From: an uncultured Clostridia bacterium
GTDB taxonomy: Bacteria; Bacillota; Clostridia; Oscillospirales; Acutalibacteraceae
DNA: 29,800 bases
Reading direction: 5' to 3'
Assembly (NCBI GenBank): GCA_947168785.1
Contig: CAMVNL010000001.1
Location: 1 to 29,800 of the forward strand
This document shows, in pieces, positions 9,201-16,784 of this stretch. The translations under genes were made by a program, and so were the position numbers. How positions within the stretch are numbered: position 1 is the first letter of the stretch; every line of letters begins with the position of its first letter. Below the pieces are notes generated by a model, which made no database searches, was not told where the DNA came from, and saw nothing but the letters and a program-made list of their open reading frames with translations.

Positions 9201-10044
9201 CGGAAGCGCTGTTGTGGATGCCGACCAGACGAAAACACTTGATAAGCTCGGGCACAATATGACCAGAGTGGCTGCCAAGGCGCCCACCTGCGGCGTTGCC
9301 GGCAACCCCGAATACTACGTCTGCTCCCGCTGCAGCGACGTCTACTACGCCGACGCCGCCGGCCTTGAGAAGTACACGGCGGAGGAGATCGTGATTCCCG
9401 CGCTGACCCACAACTGGAGCGTTCTCTCCGTTACCGAGCCCACCTGCACGGAAGCCGGCTTTACAACGGTCAAATGCGCCAACTGCAACGAAACGAAAAA
9501 GATTGATGAAGTGCCCGCCAACGGCCACCGTGGCGGCACGGCGACCTGTCAGGCCAAAGCCGTCTGCGAGGTCTGCGGCGAATCCTACGGCGAACTCGGC
9601 GAGCATCAGTACGTGACCATGGTCGACGAGGGCGACTGTCAGCGCAACGGCGTTTCCGTCAAGCTCTGCACGGTCTGCGGCGATGGAACGACCACCGAAC
9701 TGCCTCTTGGCACGCACAAGCCGGAATACATCGTTCTTACCGCGCCTACCTGCACTGAAACCGGCACCGCGCAGTGGATCTGCAAGGTCTGCGACGAAGT
9801 GATCGAGCAGGACACGCTGGAAGCCATCGGCCATCACGATGAAAACGGCGACGGAAAATGTGACGCCTGCGGCATGGACCTCAATTCTTCGACCGACGAT
9901 CCCGACAACGGTACAACCACCGGCATCTGCGAGAAGTGCGGCAGAAACCATGTTGGCAAGACCGGCGGCTTCTTCGGCTATGACGGCTTCGTCTGCAAGC
10001 TGATCTCCTTCTTCCGCATGATCAAGAATCTGTTCAGCAAATAA
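3253..10044 (+). CDS. Giant secreted/cell-surface modular protein: signal peptide, MABP-like beta-prism, FIVAR-like, GBS Bsp-like, InlB B-repeat-like modules with a CBM-like insert, and ~20 Cys/His-rich repeats
   Basis: Likely start TTG 3253 (or GTG 3244) after RBS AGAAAGG. Basic N-region, hydrophobic core and ASA cleavage site (~3378). Three (D/F)xNxGxG(G)-type motifs in the N-domain. YNGNG..GW..AQW/AIW B-repeat signatures. Repeated [AP]TC-x3-G-x5/6-CxxC..H units. Domain names are from recognition, not HMM hits. Confidence 0.85.
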   Translation: MKRTKRIPNRRKALSLFLTIVMVVTMIPMVTFMNKEENTASAYSSYSKPYSTEYYYASGTQFIYQLILYFSSSSNGDAENWLRNNGWTPWGHNFNAGDGHKSKYIHSGYKTTTDPTVAIKGILVATGHPDSVSYGGATYYRVGGGFTTQTPTGGDGSVDLNKGNGGDDLYLMATADRAAGPALTSLSMGQSGNSGTAQSNLTNNGYRVVTNQSGGAQDTNAGAGGDYNYCGQKSSCTTVDSNTLRSKYAELLAKYNQISYYNYPSTTKANIENALTTASNILSDLNDGYTTSSQTTINNAANACSTQSGYMTPKAPVISRATTVRDGVAGYWAYAYVDTNGGAPINRVQFPTWTNLNGQDDIQANWVTNSAASGTSGSWTVNGSTYNYRYYVAVSSHNNEYVGYNTHIYAYNNLGAQTSSSANFGSFTYPVKYNGNGATGGSTSNQTVNYGAQTQINNNGFTRAYTINYNGNGGTAAKTSDTETWTFNGWAGSTTTPGYLINNAGEKSGTGGANGYTDFAQWTIANPFYAGEEYTLEFDAYGTGTLINYFYGASGYLNVAKSVSSNGRTSTGGDGNITATMTGSWVHYKIVWTLGSSGNGSVNKYVLFRAQQGTSNVIHAKNIKFYQSKFVNNSRMLNLSTSGDYNMTAQWTAGKETMPNATRSGWTFLGWNTSNSATTSAYNYNTTQTFSANKMLYAIWSRSITNTYHWYKADCATDATKTSSGTAYNAATTLALTSPKTTDVVTGLSKNDKTWTLKGWAEQSAATWGGQSETAAVGFNASHNVATTSSAHTFMPVYSHDTTKFYANFNYYVDDATAYSKKTMDKTVGGDATTGAMPIAAVTADGANNSIKRTYSNDGRIYELQGWSQTEGAAEAEIAYNASTVTLTVPGGVNHVPQASDTPNMTPIELYPVYKHIGTTIYARFNYYDASGNLQQKTVSGSAAGTNTTGTVTFPDASLVNTTYTADGVTYTLVGWSAANDSEACNSFNYEVTLDVLPHPATDYYTFYPVYKCTTTARYYTYTSAGALTSSTQATALLKTDTFTPATADVAVPQTGFNKTITLDGRTFTFCGWRTDTTTNADATVATTVTAQSHAVRDAEYVYYAIYKNDALTLSYDAAHDGVTATPVPASQTGVQYISTATGNADINNVAEVTFDVNPDNVIPAKEGYTFIGWGNVDSEEETFDYAPTGATLQTRIDKSLFARFRVNDMNVTFVYYDGADLEGDYKHETKTVSYDDLQRDDSASNSRYVVTAPTVKLVGADNVINMTNIVHANDKYHYVFQKWERSDGKGIHTASVNGIDYTVTYKNVVDDITVQGIYDAFPHHYATLTSAEVQALPAKFNPDGDTTAAKDATCTKDGYQYLKCTDCGHVYKQIISKLDHKNESGVPVVTYSGYKAPTCTATGKYATAVCALCGDLVKTEDGSRARYYGIEGNAYVEADSADGVIPAMGHKYEFRETVAPTCTEKGYDLYVCANNATHTEKRNEVAETNHTEVTTPGTPATCTEPGRSDGVVCSVCNRVIAASYTIPATGHNMVKTAAKAATCTEDGNVEYYTCTNCGKLFADKNGAAELTAEAAVIAALGHNYVETPAEEATCTKAGHTAGKVCSRCGEIAPGSTASETQPALGHDLDEGTHTDSDKPCQTPGYTTYACRREGCDYTEVVNDELAPHTEKTLPDQPATCTAMGKSSYKICEVCGKTLTNYKWLPMKAHTYTVVQTAETPATCETAGTSAVMKCANCDAVVGGDEIAALGHNYSAWIVTEATCETDGARTKYCKRCGATVTETIPASGHTPKDVAEVPATCSAEGVAAGKICEICGDVLEGCEAIPMLPHAMGEPAIVREPTCAQEGLEITTCANCDYQVIEKIEKLPHTEKTVEEAVAPTCNTAGTKAKIVCEVCGELIQAPTVVAKLDHVWQTIPAVAPTCAAKGTTAYEKCVNCGINLTEPRDVPAKGHVWGEWQLVKAATCLEDGSRVRYCTVEGCEAGSAVVDADQTKTLDKLGHNMTRVAAKAPTCGVAGNPEYYVCSRCSDVYYADAAGLEKYTAEEIVIPALTHNWSVLSVTEPTCTEAGFTTVKCANCNETKKIDEVPANGHRGGTATCQAKAVCEVCGESYGELGEHQYVTMVDEGDCQRNGVSVKLCTVCGDGTTTELPLGTHKPEYIVLTAPTCTETGTAQWICKVCDEVIEQDTLEAIGHHDENGDGKCDACGMDLNSSTDDPDNGTTTGICEKCGRNHVGKTGGFFGYDGFVCKLISFFRMIKNLFSK
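7300..9850 (+). repeat. About 20 degenerate protein-level Cys/His-rich repeats within the surface protein
   Basis: Examples: KDATCTKDGYQYLKCTDCG, KAATCTEDGNVEYYTCTNCG, TEPTCTEAGFTTVKCANCN; most units are followed by ..(L/T)xH. Confidence 0.85.
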
Positions 10045-10090
10045 AGCCGATCAACCGGCGGATTGCTGAAACATTCGATACGTTCAATTT

Positions 10091-10130
10091 AAGCTGCTCC
10101 TCCGGATTCGTACCGGGGGAGCAGTTTTGT
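10091..10130 (+). terminator. Rho-independent terminator after the surface-protein gene
   Basis: GCTGCTCCTCCGG-ATTCGTA-CCGGGGGAGCAGT stem followed by TTT and a T-rich region. Confidence 0.8.
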
Positions 10131-10164
10131 CAGACTTGGGTTTGTCTTTTTTCGATTTTGTGTG

Positions 10165-10193
10165 TTGAGTTTTTGTTTCCGGTGTGTTACACT
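10165..10193 (+). promoter_or_regulatory. Sigma70/SigA-type promoter (with extended -10) for the + strand arm of the cluster
   Basis: TTGAGT (10165-10170), 17 nt, TACACT (10188-10193), preceded by TGn. Confidence 0.55.
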
Positions 10194-10226
10194 ATACTAT
10201 GAATAATTATTTCTGATGGGATAGAA

Positions 10227-12146
10227 ATGAAAAAAAAGATTTATTTCACACAGGTAGGATTCGACTTTGGCGGTTCCGTGTATCTGCCCTATGCGGCGGG
10301 TACGATGATTTCCTATGCCTTGGCGCAGGAGGATCTTGCGGCGGAATACGAATTTCCGACGATTGTTTTTCGTCGGGAGAAGATCGCGGCGGTGATGGAT
10401 AAAATTGAAAACCCGTATATCGCGGCTTTTTCGTGCAGCGTATGGAATATGGAATTCAACAAAACCATTGCGGCGCGGATCAAGGAACAATACCCAGATT
10501 GCTTAGTGGTTTTTGGCGGTCATTCGATCCGTGAAGACTCCCCAAAGCTGCTGGAGGAAGAGCCGTATGTCGATATCCTGATGTACGGGGAAGGAGAGCA
10601 GACGTTTGTCAATCTGCTGCGTGCCCTGCCCACCGGCGACCTGAGCGGCGTTCCCAATATTGCTTTCCGGCAGGGGGGAACGATCCATCTGACGGAACGG
10701 GCGTATTATTATGATCTTGCGAAGTATCCCTCCCCCTATTGCAGCGGCGTTCTTGACGCAATTGTCGACGCGGAGCCGGAGACGGATTTCCTTGCCGTTC
10801 TGGAAACGACCCGGGGCTGCCCCTATTCCTGCGCCTACTGCGACTGGTGCGCGGGGCACAAAATGCGGTTCTTCCCCATGGAAAAAGTGTTGGATGAGAT
10901 CCGTTGGCTGGCGGAGCACCGGGTGGAATATATCTTCTGCGGCGACTCCAACTTCGGTATGTTCGACCGGGACGTGGAGATCGCCAAAGCGCTGGTGGAA
11001 ACCAAACGGCAATACGGTTATCCCAAGGTTTTCCGCCCCTGTTATGAAAAAAACAGCGCGGACCGGGTGTTTGAAATCTGCCGGATCCTCAACTCCGAGG
11101 GGATGGACAAGGGCGCGACCATGGCCTATCAGACGCTCTCCCCGGAGGCGCTGAAAAATATCGGCAGAAAGAATCTGACGCTGGAGCACTTTTCCGATCT
11201 GGTCCGCCGCTACAATGAGGCGGGCATCCCCTGTTACTCTGAACTGATTCTCGGTCTGCCGGGGGAGACGAAGGAGAGCTTCTGCCGGGGTATCTGCCGT
11301 TTGTTGGAGAGCGGCCAGCACAACTCCCTGAGCGTTTACCACTGCGAGATGCTGCCAAACTCCGACATGTCGGATCCGGACTTTGTGCAAAAACACGGCA
11401 TTGAAGTAATCAAAGTACCGTTTAATCATATTCACAGCGCGATCAATCAGAGTGAAGAGATACAGGAATATTCCTACCTCGTCCGGGCAACCAACACCAT
11501 GAACCGGGACGACTGGGTGGGCGCCAATCTGTTCTCCGTCTGTATTCAGTGTTTCCACAGCCTCGGGCTGCTGCGGTGCTTTTCCATGTATCTGACGGCG
11601 GAGGGAATCGTCAGCTATTACGATTTCTTCCGGGACCTGCTGGAATATATTATGGTTTCGGACGGAAAAATCGGCTCTCTCTGGCGTTCCTTCCGAACAA
11701 AATATGAGAACTCTTTGACCGGCGACTGGAATTATCACCGTGACATTTTCGGGAACGTAACGTGGTTCTTTGAAGAGGGCGCCTTCTTGGAGTGTGTCTG
11801 TGATTTTGACGGTTTCTTTGCAGAGCTTGTTCCGTTTTTGCGCCGGTTTCCCATCAAACAGGATCTGTACGAAGAACTGGAGAGGTATCAGCGTACAATC
11901 GTGCGAAAGCCTCACGACAAAGAAACAACCTCGCAGTTTCGTTATGATTTTTATTCCTATTTTGAGAGGATTACCGACGGAGAAAGCGCGCTGCTGGAGC
12001 GGAAAGACATTGTGGTGACGGTCTGTCCGAATAAGGAATATGACGACGTTGCCGAATATGCCCGGGAAACGGTTTGGTATGGCCGACGTAAAGGCGCAAC
12101 TGTTTACCGGGGAAAGGAATTGTCGGTGCAGGGTTCTGATCTGTAG
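10227..12146 (+). CDS. Cobalamin (B12)-binding domain radical SAM protein, 'CDW' paralog family (639 aa)
   Basis: N-terminal B12-binding Rossmann features (YLPYAAG, FSCSVWN, VFGGH, GEGE), radical SAM motif TRGCPYSCAYCDWC, ELILGLPGET, and C-terminal YARETVWYGRR. Confidence 0.9.
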   Translation: MKKKIYFTQVGFDFGGSVYLPYAAGTMISYALAQEDLAAEYEFPTIVFRREKIAAVMDKIENPYIAAFSCSVWNMEFNKTIAARIKEQYPDCLVVFGGHSIREDSPKLLEEEPYVDILMYGEGEQTFVNLLRALPTGDLSGVPNIAFRQGGTIHLTERAYYYDLAKYPSPYCSGVLDAIVDAEPETDFLAVLETTRGCPYSCAYCDWCAGHKMRFFPMEKVLDEIRWLAEHRVEYIFCGDSNFGMFDRDVEIAKALVETKRQYGYPKVFRPCYEKNSADRVFEICRILNSEGMDKGATMAYQTLSPEALKNIGRKNLTLEHFSDLVRRYNEAGIPCYSELILGLPGETKESFCRGICRLLESGQHNSLSVYHCEMLPNSDMSDPDFVQKHGIEVIKVPFNHIHSAINQSEEIQEYSYLVRATNTMNRDDWVGANLFSVCIQCFHSLGLLRCFSMYLTAEGIVSYYDFFRDLLEYIMVSDGKIGSLWRSFRTKYENSLTGDWNYHRDIFGNVTWFFEEGAFLECVCDFDGFFAELVPFLRRFPIKQDLYEELERYQRTIVRKPHDKETTSQFRYDFYSYFERITDGESALLERKDIVVTVCPNKEYDDVAEYARETVWYGRRKGATVYRGKELSVQGSDL

Positions 12147-12229
12147 TATGAACAATGGCATGAGGAAAGCTCTTGTCAGGTTTTCTGTTCATGACAATTC
12201 CTGAAAAGAAAAAAGGAAAGGACATCGTT

Positions 12230-13330
12230 ATGGAACCGATCCCCATGTATGATTTTCCAAGAGAATACGCGATCAACCGGGAGAGTTATCTCGCCCTGTT
12301 CGATACCGTCTGCCGGACGGGACAGTTCTCCGACGGGCAGTTTTCCCATGCGTTTGAGCGGGATTTCGCGGCCTATACGGGCGCGCCCTTCGCCGCCTCC
12401 GTCAGCAACGGGACCGGCGCGCTGGTGCTGTCCCTCCGCGCCCTCGGGATCGGCCCCGGGGATGAGGTGATCGTCCCCTCCGCGACTTTTACAGCCACCC
12501 CCGGCGCGGTGCTGATGTGCGGCGCGAAGCCGGTGTTTGCGGATATCGAGCCGGACACCTGGCAGATCTCCGTGGCCGACGCGGAGAAACGGATCAACAA
12601 GAAAACGAAGGCCGTGATCGGCGTGCACCTCTACGGCGGCATGTTCGACGTGGAGGCGATGCGGCGCCTTTGCGACGCGTACGGCCTCCCCTTTATCGAG
12701 GATACCGCCCAGGCGGTCGGGTCGGAATGGAAGGGGCGGAAGGCCGGTACCTTCGGCAAAACCGGCTGTTTCAGCTTTTATCCCACCAAAAACCTGGGCG
12801 CCTTCGGCGAGGCGGGCTGTGTCGTCAGCGGGGATGAATCGCTGATTGCCCGGATCAACGCCCTGAAAGCGCATGACAGCCGCGACGGCTCGTTCCGTGA
12901 GCTGGGCTATAATATGCGCATGGACGGGCTGCAGGGCGCGGTGCTTTCTTTTAAATTGAAACAGCTTGACGCCTTCACGGAACGGAAAAACGCCATCGCA
13001 TCACTTTACCGGGAGAGTGTGAAGGAATCCGGGCGGCTGGTCTGTCAGTATGCGCCGCCCCACGTCAGGCATTCCTATCACCTGTTCGTGCTGAAAACGG
13101 ACGACCGGGAACGGTTTATCGCCGCTATGACGGAAAAGGGGATCGGGACCGGCGTACAGTACCGGACGCCCTGCCACCGGCAGAAGGTGTTTACGGACGC
13201 CGTGGGCGAAACGTCGCTGCCCGTGACGGAGGAACTGATGGCAAAATGCGTCTCCGTGCCCACGTATCCGTATCTCACGGATGAGGAGATCGCTTACGTC
13301 GCCGAACAGTTGAAACGGTACGCCCGGTGA
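12230..13330 (+). CDS. DegT/DnrJ/EryC1/StrS-family PLP-dependent sugar aminotransferase
   Basis: SNGTGAL, VHLYG, EDTAQAVG, SFYPTKNLGAFGEAG (PLP lysine), GYNMRMD. Start placed at ATG 12230 behind RBS AAGGAAAGGA rather than 12173. Confidence 0.93.
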   Translation: MEPIPMYDFPREYAINRESYLALFDTVCRTGQFSDGQFSHAFERDFAAYTGAPFAASVSNGTGALVLSLRALGIGPGDEVIVPSATFTATPGAVLMCGAKPVFADIEPDTWQISVADAEKRINKKTKAVIGVHLYGGMFDVEAMRRLCDAYGLPFIEDTAQAVGSEWKGRKAGTFGKTGCFSFYPTKNLGAFGEAGCVVSGDESLIARINALKAHDSRDGSFRELGYNMRMDGLQGAVLSFKLKQLDAFTERKNAIASLYRESVKESGRLVCQYAPPHVRHSYHLFVLKTDDRERFIAAMTEKGIGTGVQYRTPCHRQKVFTDAVGETSLPVTEELMAKCVSVPTYPYLTDEEIAYVAEQLKRYAR

Positions 13331-13417
13331 ACCGGATCATTTTCTGCTCCGGTGATGGGATCAGTTTGGCGATGACGTCGGTGTGTATCGGATTACAGCG
13401 GCTGCGGAGATGATAAA

Positions 13418-14980
13418 ATGAAAAAAAACAATTCTCATTCGCAAAGAAAACTGCGCATGCTGGCGGTCAGGAATCTCCTGATCGTGTTTGTTTCTCTGTG
13501 CGCTTTGATGGGCGTTGCGGAATTGGTACTGAATCTGCAGCTTCTTTCCGCGGGAGATGCGGATAACGAAAACGCGGTGCTGATGAGCTATGAAAAAACG
13601 CCGGTGCCCGCCCTGCTGACCACGGAGGAAAACTACGTTTACGCGAAACAGTTTTTCAGCAATCCGGACGATTATGACAGATTTGTGGAGGAAGAAGCCC
13701 CTTCCGCATTGCGCTATCCTTATATTGATAATCTGAAAACCACCGCGGACTATGACGACGATACGATCGATATCCTGGTCCTCGGCGATTCTTTTACCTG
13801 GGGCGAGGCTTCTCTCAACCGCAACGAGCTGTTCTGGCGACAGCTGGAGCGGATGCTGCGCGCGCAGGGATATAACGTGCGGGTCTCTGCGGTCGCGGCG
13901 GAGGGCGCCACCGGCTATGAAGAACTCCATTGGCTGGTGGACGGTGCGGCGGAGGATTTCTCCGCCGACCTGGTGATCTTCGGCTATGTGTTCAACGACG
14001 CCATGCGACCAGGCAACGGCTTCGGCGCGATGCCGCAGCGGCTGGTGATCCCGTCTCTTACCTGGCTGGAAAAGACGCTGCCGCGGTTCGCCCAGAAGGT
14101 TTACGCCTATGTGGACGCCAAAACGCTTTATACCAAAAAATACGGCGACCGTTATAAGGATTCCTATATTTCCGTGCTGGACGACGATCTGACGCCCTAT
14201 TATCGGGAGCATTTTGTGGAGCCGCTGGCGGCGTATTCAAAAGAACGTGATCTGCCCGCTGTGGTGGTGACGCTGCCCAACGAAACCAACAGCCTGCTGC
14301 TGGAAGAGCTTTATCGTCCGCTGGAGGATATTTTCGAAGGTACGGGCATTGGATATTACAACAGCTGCGAAGCGTTCAAAAAACAATACGGATCCAATCA
14401 GCACAAAAAAAATATTACGGTGAACGCCATGAACGTCCATCCCGGCAGCGCCGCGCACCGGTTCTACGCGGAATATATCTGCGACTTTTTGCTGCGGGAT
14501 TACGCGGACGTTCTTGGGCAGCCGAGCGGAACCGATCTCAACAGCCGGATCGTTTCCGTCAACGACCGTATGCCGGGGGATATTGATCTGCGGACCGTTT
14601 CCGAAAGTGAAACCGGATCCGTCTGTACGTTCGTTTACCCCGACGTTGCCGTCCCGCGTTATATGTATGAAGTTGAGATTGCGCCCTATTGCCTGCGCAA
14701 TCCGATCAAAGAGGGCTATATCAAGCTTTCGTTTGAAAATCCCGTCAATCTGTCCGAGGTTCGCATTGAAGGCGAAGCCGGACAGCAGGTCAGCCTGTGG
14801 TATACGACGGTGAATGAAAAGCTTGGTTATGACGACAATACCGTAACGCCGTGGGAGGCGACGCCGGAGGCTCCCTTCGTCTGGCGGTCGGAAAAAGAGG
14901 AACAGGTCACCTCGCTGTGTATCCATGCGGAGCGGCCCGGATTGCTGACGGTCACCGTTACGGGAAAGGTGGAGGCTTGA
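13418..14980 (+). CDS. Membrane-anchored SGNH/GDSL-family protein (hydrolase or acyltransferase)
   Basis: N-terminal TM helix; blocks LGDSFTWG (Ser), IFGYVFNDA, and NVHP (His); extra C-terminal beta-rich domain; directly upstream of the carbamoyltransferase. Confidence 0.8.
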   Translation: MKKNNSHSQRKLRMLAVRNLLIVFVSLCALMGVAELVLNLQLLSAGDADNENAVLMSYEKTPVPALLTTEENYVYAKQFFSNPDDYDRFVEEEAPSALRYPYIDNLKTTADYDDDTIDILVLGDSFTWGEASLNRNELFWRQLERMLRAQGYNVRVSAVAAEGATGYEELHWLVDGAAEDFSADLVIFGYVFNDAMRPGNGFGAMPQRLVIPSLTWLEKTLPRFAQKVYAYVDAKTLYTKKYGDRYKDSYISVLDDDLTPYYREHFVEPLAAYSKERDLPAVVVTLPNETNSLLLEELYRPLEDIFEGTGIGYYNSCEAFKKQYGSNQHKKNITVNAMNVHPGSAAHRFYAEYICDFLLRDYADVLGQPSGTDLNSRIVSVNDRMPGDIDLRTVSESETGSVCTFVYPDVAVPRYMYEVEIAPYCLRNPIKEGYIKLSFENPVNLSEVRIEGEAGQQVSLWYTTVNEKLGYDDNTVTPWEATPEAPFVWRSEKEEQVTSLCIHAERPGLLTVTVTGKVEA

Positions 14981-14983
14981 AGG

Positions 14984-16780
14984 ATGGAACAGTATATTCT
15001 CGGTATTTCCGCCCTTTACCATAACGCCGCCGCCGCGCTGACCTGCGACGGGGAGATTGTTGCTGCCGCAGAGGAGGAGCGGTTTACCCGCAAAAAGGGC
15101 GACGCCTCTTTCCCCATCAACGCGATCAAATTTTGTCTGGACTCCGCCGGCCTGATGCCGGAGGAGCTTTCCGCGGTGGCGTTCTATGAAAACGTCACCA
15201 CCAAATTCGAGCGGATCCAGACCGGTATTTTCCTCAACGTTCCAAAGAGCCTGCCGCAGTTCCTCACCGCCATGCCGGATTGGGTAACCAATAAACTGTG
15301 GATCGAAAACAAAATCCGGAAAGAGCTGGGCTGGCACGGGCCGTTTTATTACGTGCCGCATCACCTGGCGCACGCGGCATCCGCCTATTATCCCTCTCCC
15401 TTTGACGACGCCGCCATCCTCACGGTGGATGGGGTCGGGGAGTGGTCTTCCCTTACATGGGGAACCGGCGAGAGCGGCAATATCGCCATCAGGGAGTCAC
15501 TGGATTATCCGAACTCCCTCGGGCTGCTGTATTCCGCTTTTACGCTGTATACCGGGTTCAAAATCAACAACGGCGAGTATAAGATGATGGGGCTGGCCCC
15601 TTACGGCGAGCCCGTCTATGCAGATCTGATCAAAAAAGAGCTGGTCCGGATCGCGCCGGACGGCAGCTTTCTGTTGAATCAGAACTATTTTTCCTATACC
15701 TACGGATTGAAGACCTTCCGCCCGGAATTTGAAGCGCTGTTCTGCAGAAAGATGCGCGCCAAAACGGAACCCATCGAGTCTTTCCATGCGGACGTGTCCG
15801 CCAGCATCCAGCAGGTGACGAACGAGATCCTGCTGTTGACGGCGCGGCACGTGCGGGAAAAAACCGGCAAACGGCGTCTTGTGATGGCGGGTGGCGTGGC
15901 GCTGAACGTTACCGCCAACGGGTTGTTGCGTCAAAGCCGGATCTTTGACGATATCTGGATCCAGCCGGCCGCCGGAGACGCGGGCGGCGCGGTTGGCGCG
16001 GCGCTTTCCACGTATTATTCCACTGCCAAGGCGGAAAAACAGGCGTCCGCAAAAGACGGGATGAAGGGCTCTCTGCTGGGTTACCGGATCCCGGATACGA
16101 GCAAGGCGGACGACGAAGCGCTCCGGGCGCTTGGTGCCAAATGGACGACCATGTCCCGCAAAGCTTTGCAGGAAAAGGCGGCAAAGCTGCTGGCGGAAGG
16201 AAAGATCGTCGGCGTGGCCTGCGGCAGCGCGGAATTCGGCCCCCGGGCGCTGGGGAACCGCTCCATTCTGGCGGACGCCAGAGACCCCGCCATGCTGCAG
16301 CGGCTGAACAAAAAAATCAAATTCCGCGAGGGCTTCCGGCCGTTCGCCCCCATCGTCCTTGAAGAGGACGCAAAGGATTACTTTGAGATAGAGGGCACAT
16401 CGCCCTATATGCTTTTCACCTTCCCTGTCCGGCCGTCACGCAGGCTGCCCGTGGAGCGGGCGGAGCGGGTGGAGGATACCGCATCGCTGGCCCGTTCGGA
16501 TATCCCGTCGGTGACCCACGTCGATTATTCCGCCCGGATCCAGACGGTGAACGGGGAGGATGATCGTTTTGTGTACGGTGTTTTGCAGGCATTCAAACGG
16601 CTGACCGGTTACGGGATCCTGATCAACACCTCCTTCAATACGAACAACGAGCCCATCGTCAATACGGCTGTGGATGCGTATCGCTGTTTTATGCGCTCGC
16701 AGATCGATTACCTGATTGTTGGCGGCAGATTTTTTGAAAAATCGGCCCAAACGGCCGAGGCGCCGAAGGGAGGCTGGTGA
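14984..16780 (+). CDS. O-carbamoyltransferase, CmcH/NodU/TobZ family
   Basis: ILGISALYH, EEERFTRKK, HHLAHAASA, TVDGVGE, GEYKMMGLAPYG, GGVALN, QPAAGDAG, GPRALGNRS, KFREGFRPFAP, HVDYSARIQTV, NTSFN. Confidence 0.95.
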   Translation: MEQYILGISALYHNAAAALTCDGEIVAAAEEERFTRKKGDASFPINAIKFCLDSAGLMPEELSAVAFYENVTTKFERIQTGIFLNVPKSLPQFLTAMPDWVTNKLWIENKIRKELGWHGPFYYVPHHLAHAASAYYPSPFDDAAILTVDGVGEWSSLTWGTGESGNIAIRESLDYPNSLGLLYSAFTLYTGFKINNGEYKMMGLAPYGEPVYADLIKKELVRIAPDGSFLLNQNYFSYTYGLKTFRPEFEALFCRKMRAKTEPIESFHADVSASIQQVTNEILLLTARHVREKTGKRRLVMAGGVALNVTANGLLRQSRIFDDIWIQPAAGDAGGAVGAALSTYYSTAKAEKQASAKDGMKGSLLGYRIPDTSKADDEALRALGAKWTTMSRKALQEKAAKLLAEGKIVGVACGSAEFGPRALGNRSILADARDPAMLQRLNKKIKFREGFRPFAPIVLEEDAKDYFEIEGTSPYMLFTFPVRPSRRLPVERAERVEDTASLARSDIPSVTHVDYSARIQTVNGEDDRFVYGVLQAFKRLTGYGILINTSFNTNNEPIVNTAVDAYRCFMRSQIDYLIVGGRFFEKSAQTAEAPKGGW

Positions 16781-16784
16781 ATCG

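Noticed and set aside
6592-9951. 1119-aa minus-strand ORF
   Set aside because: Antisense shadow of the GC-rich, codon-biased surface-protein gene; Gly/Ala/Val/Arg-rich with no recognisable motifs.
7300-9990. Multiheme cytochrome
   Set aside because: CxxC motifs are followed by G/N/D/S, not H; no CxxCH pattern.
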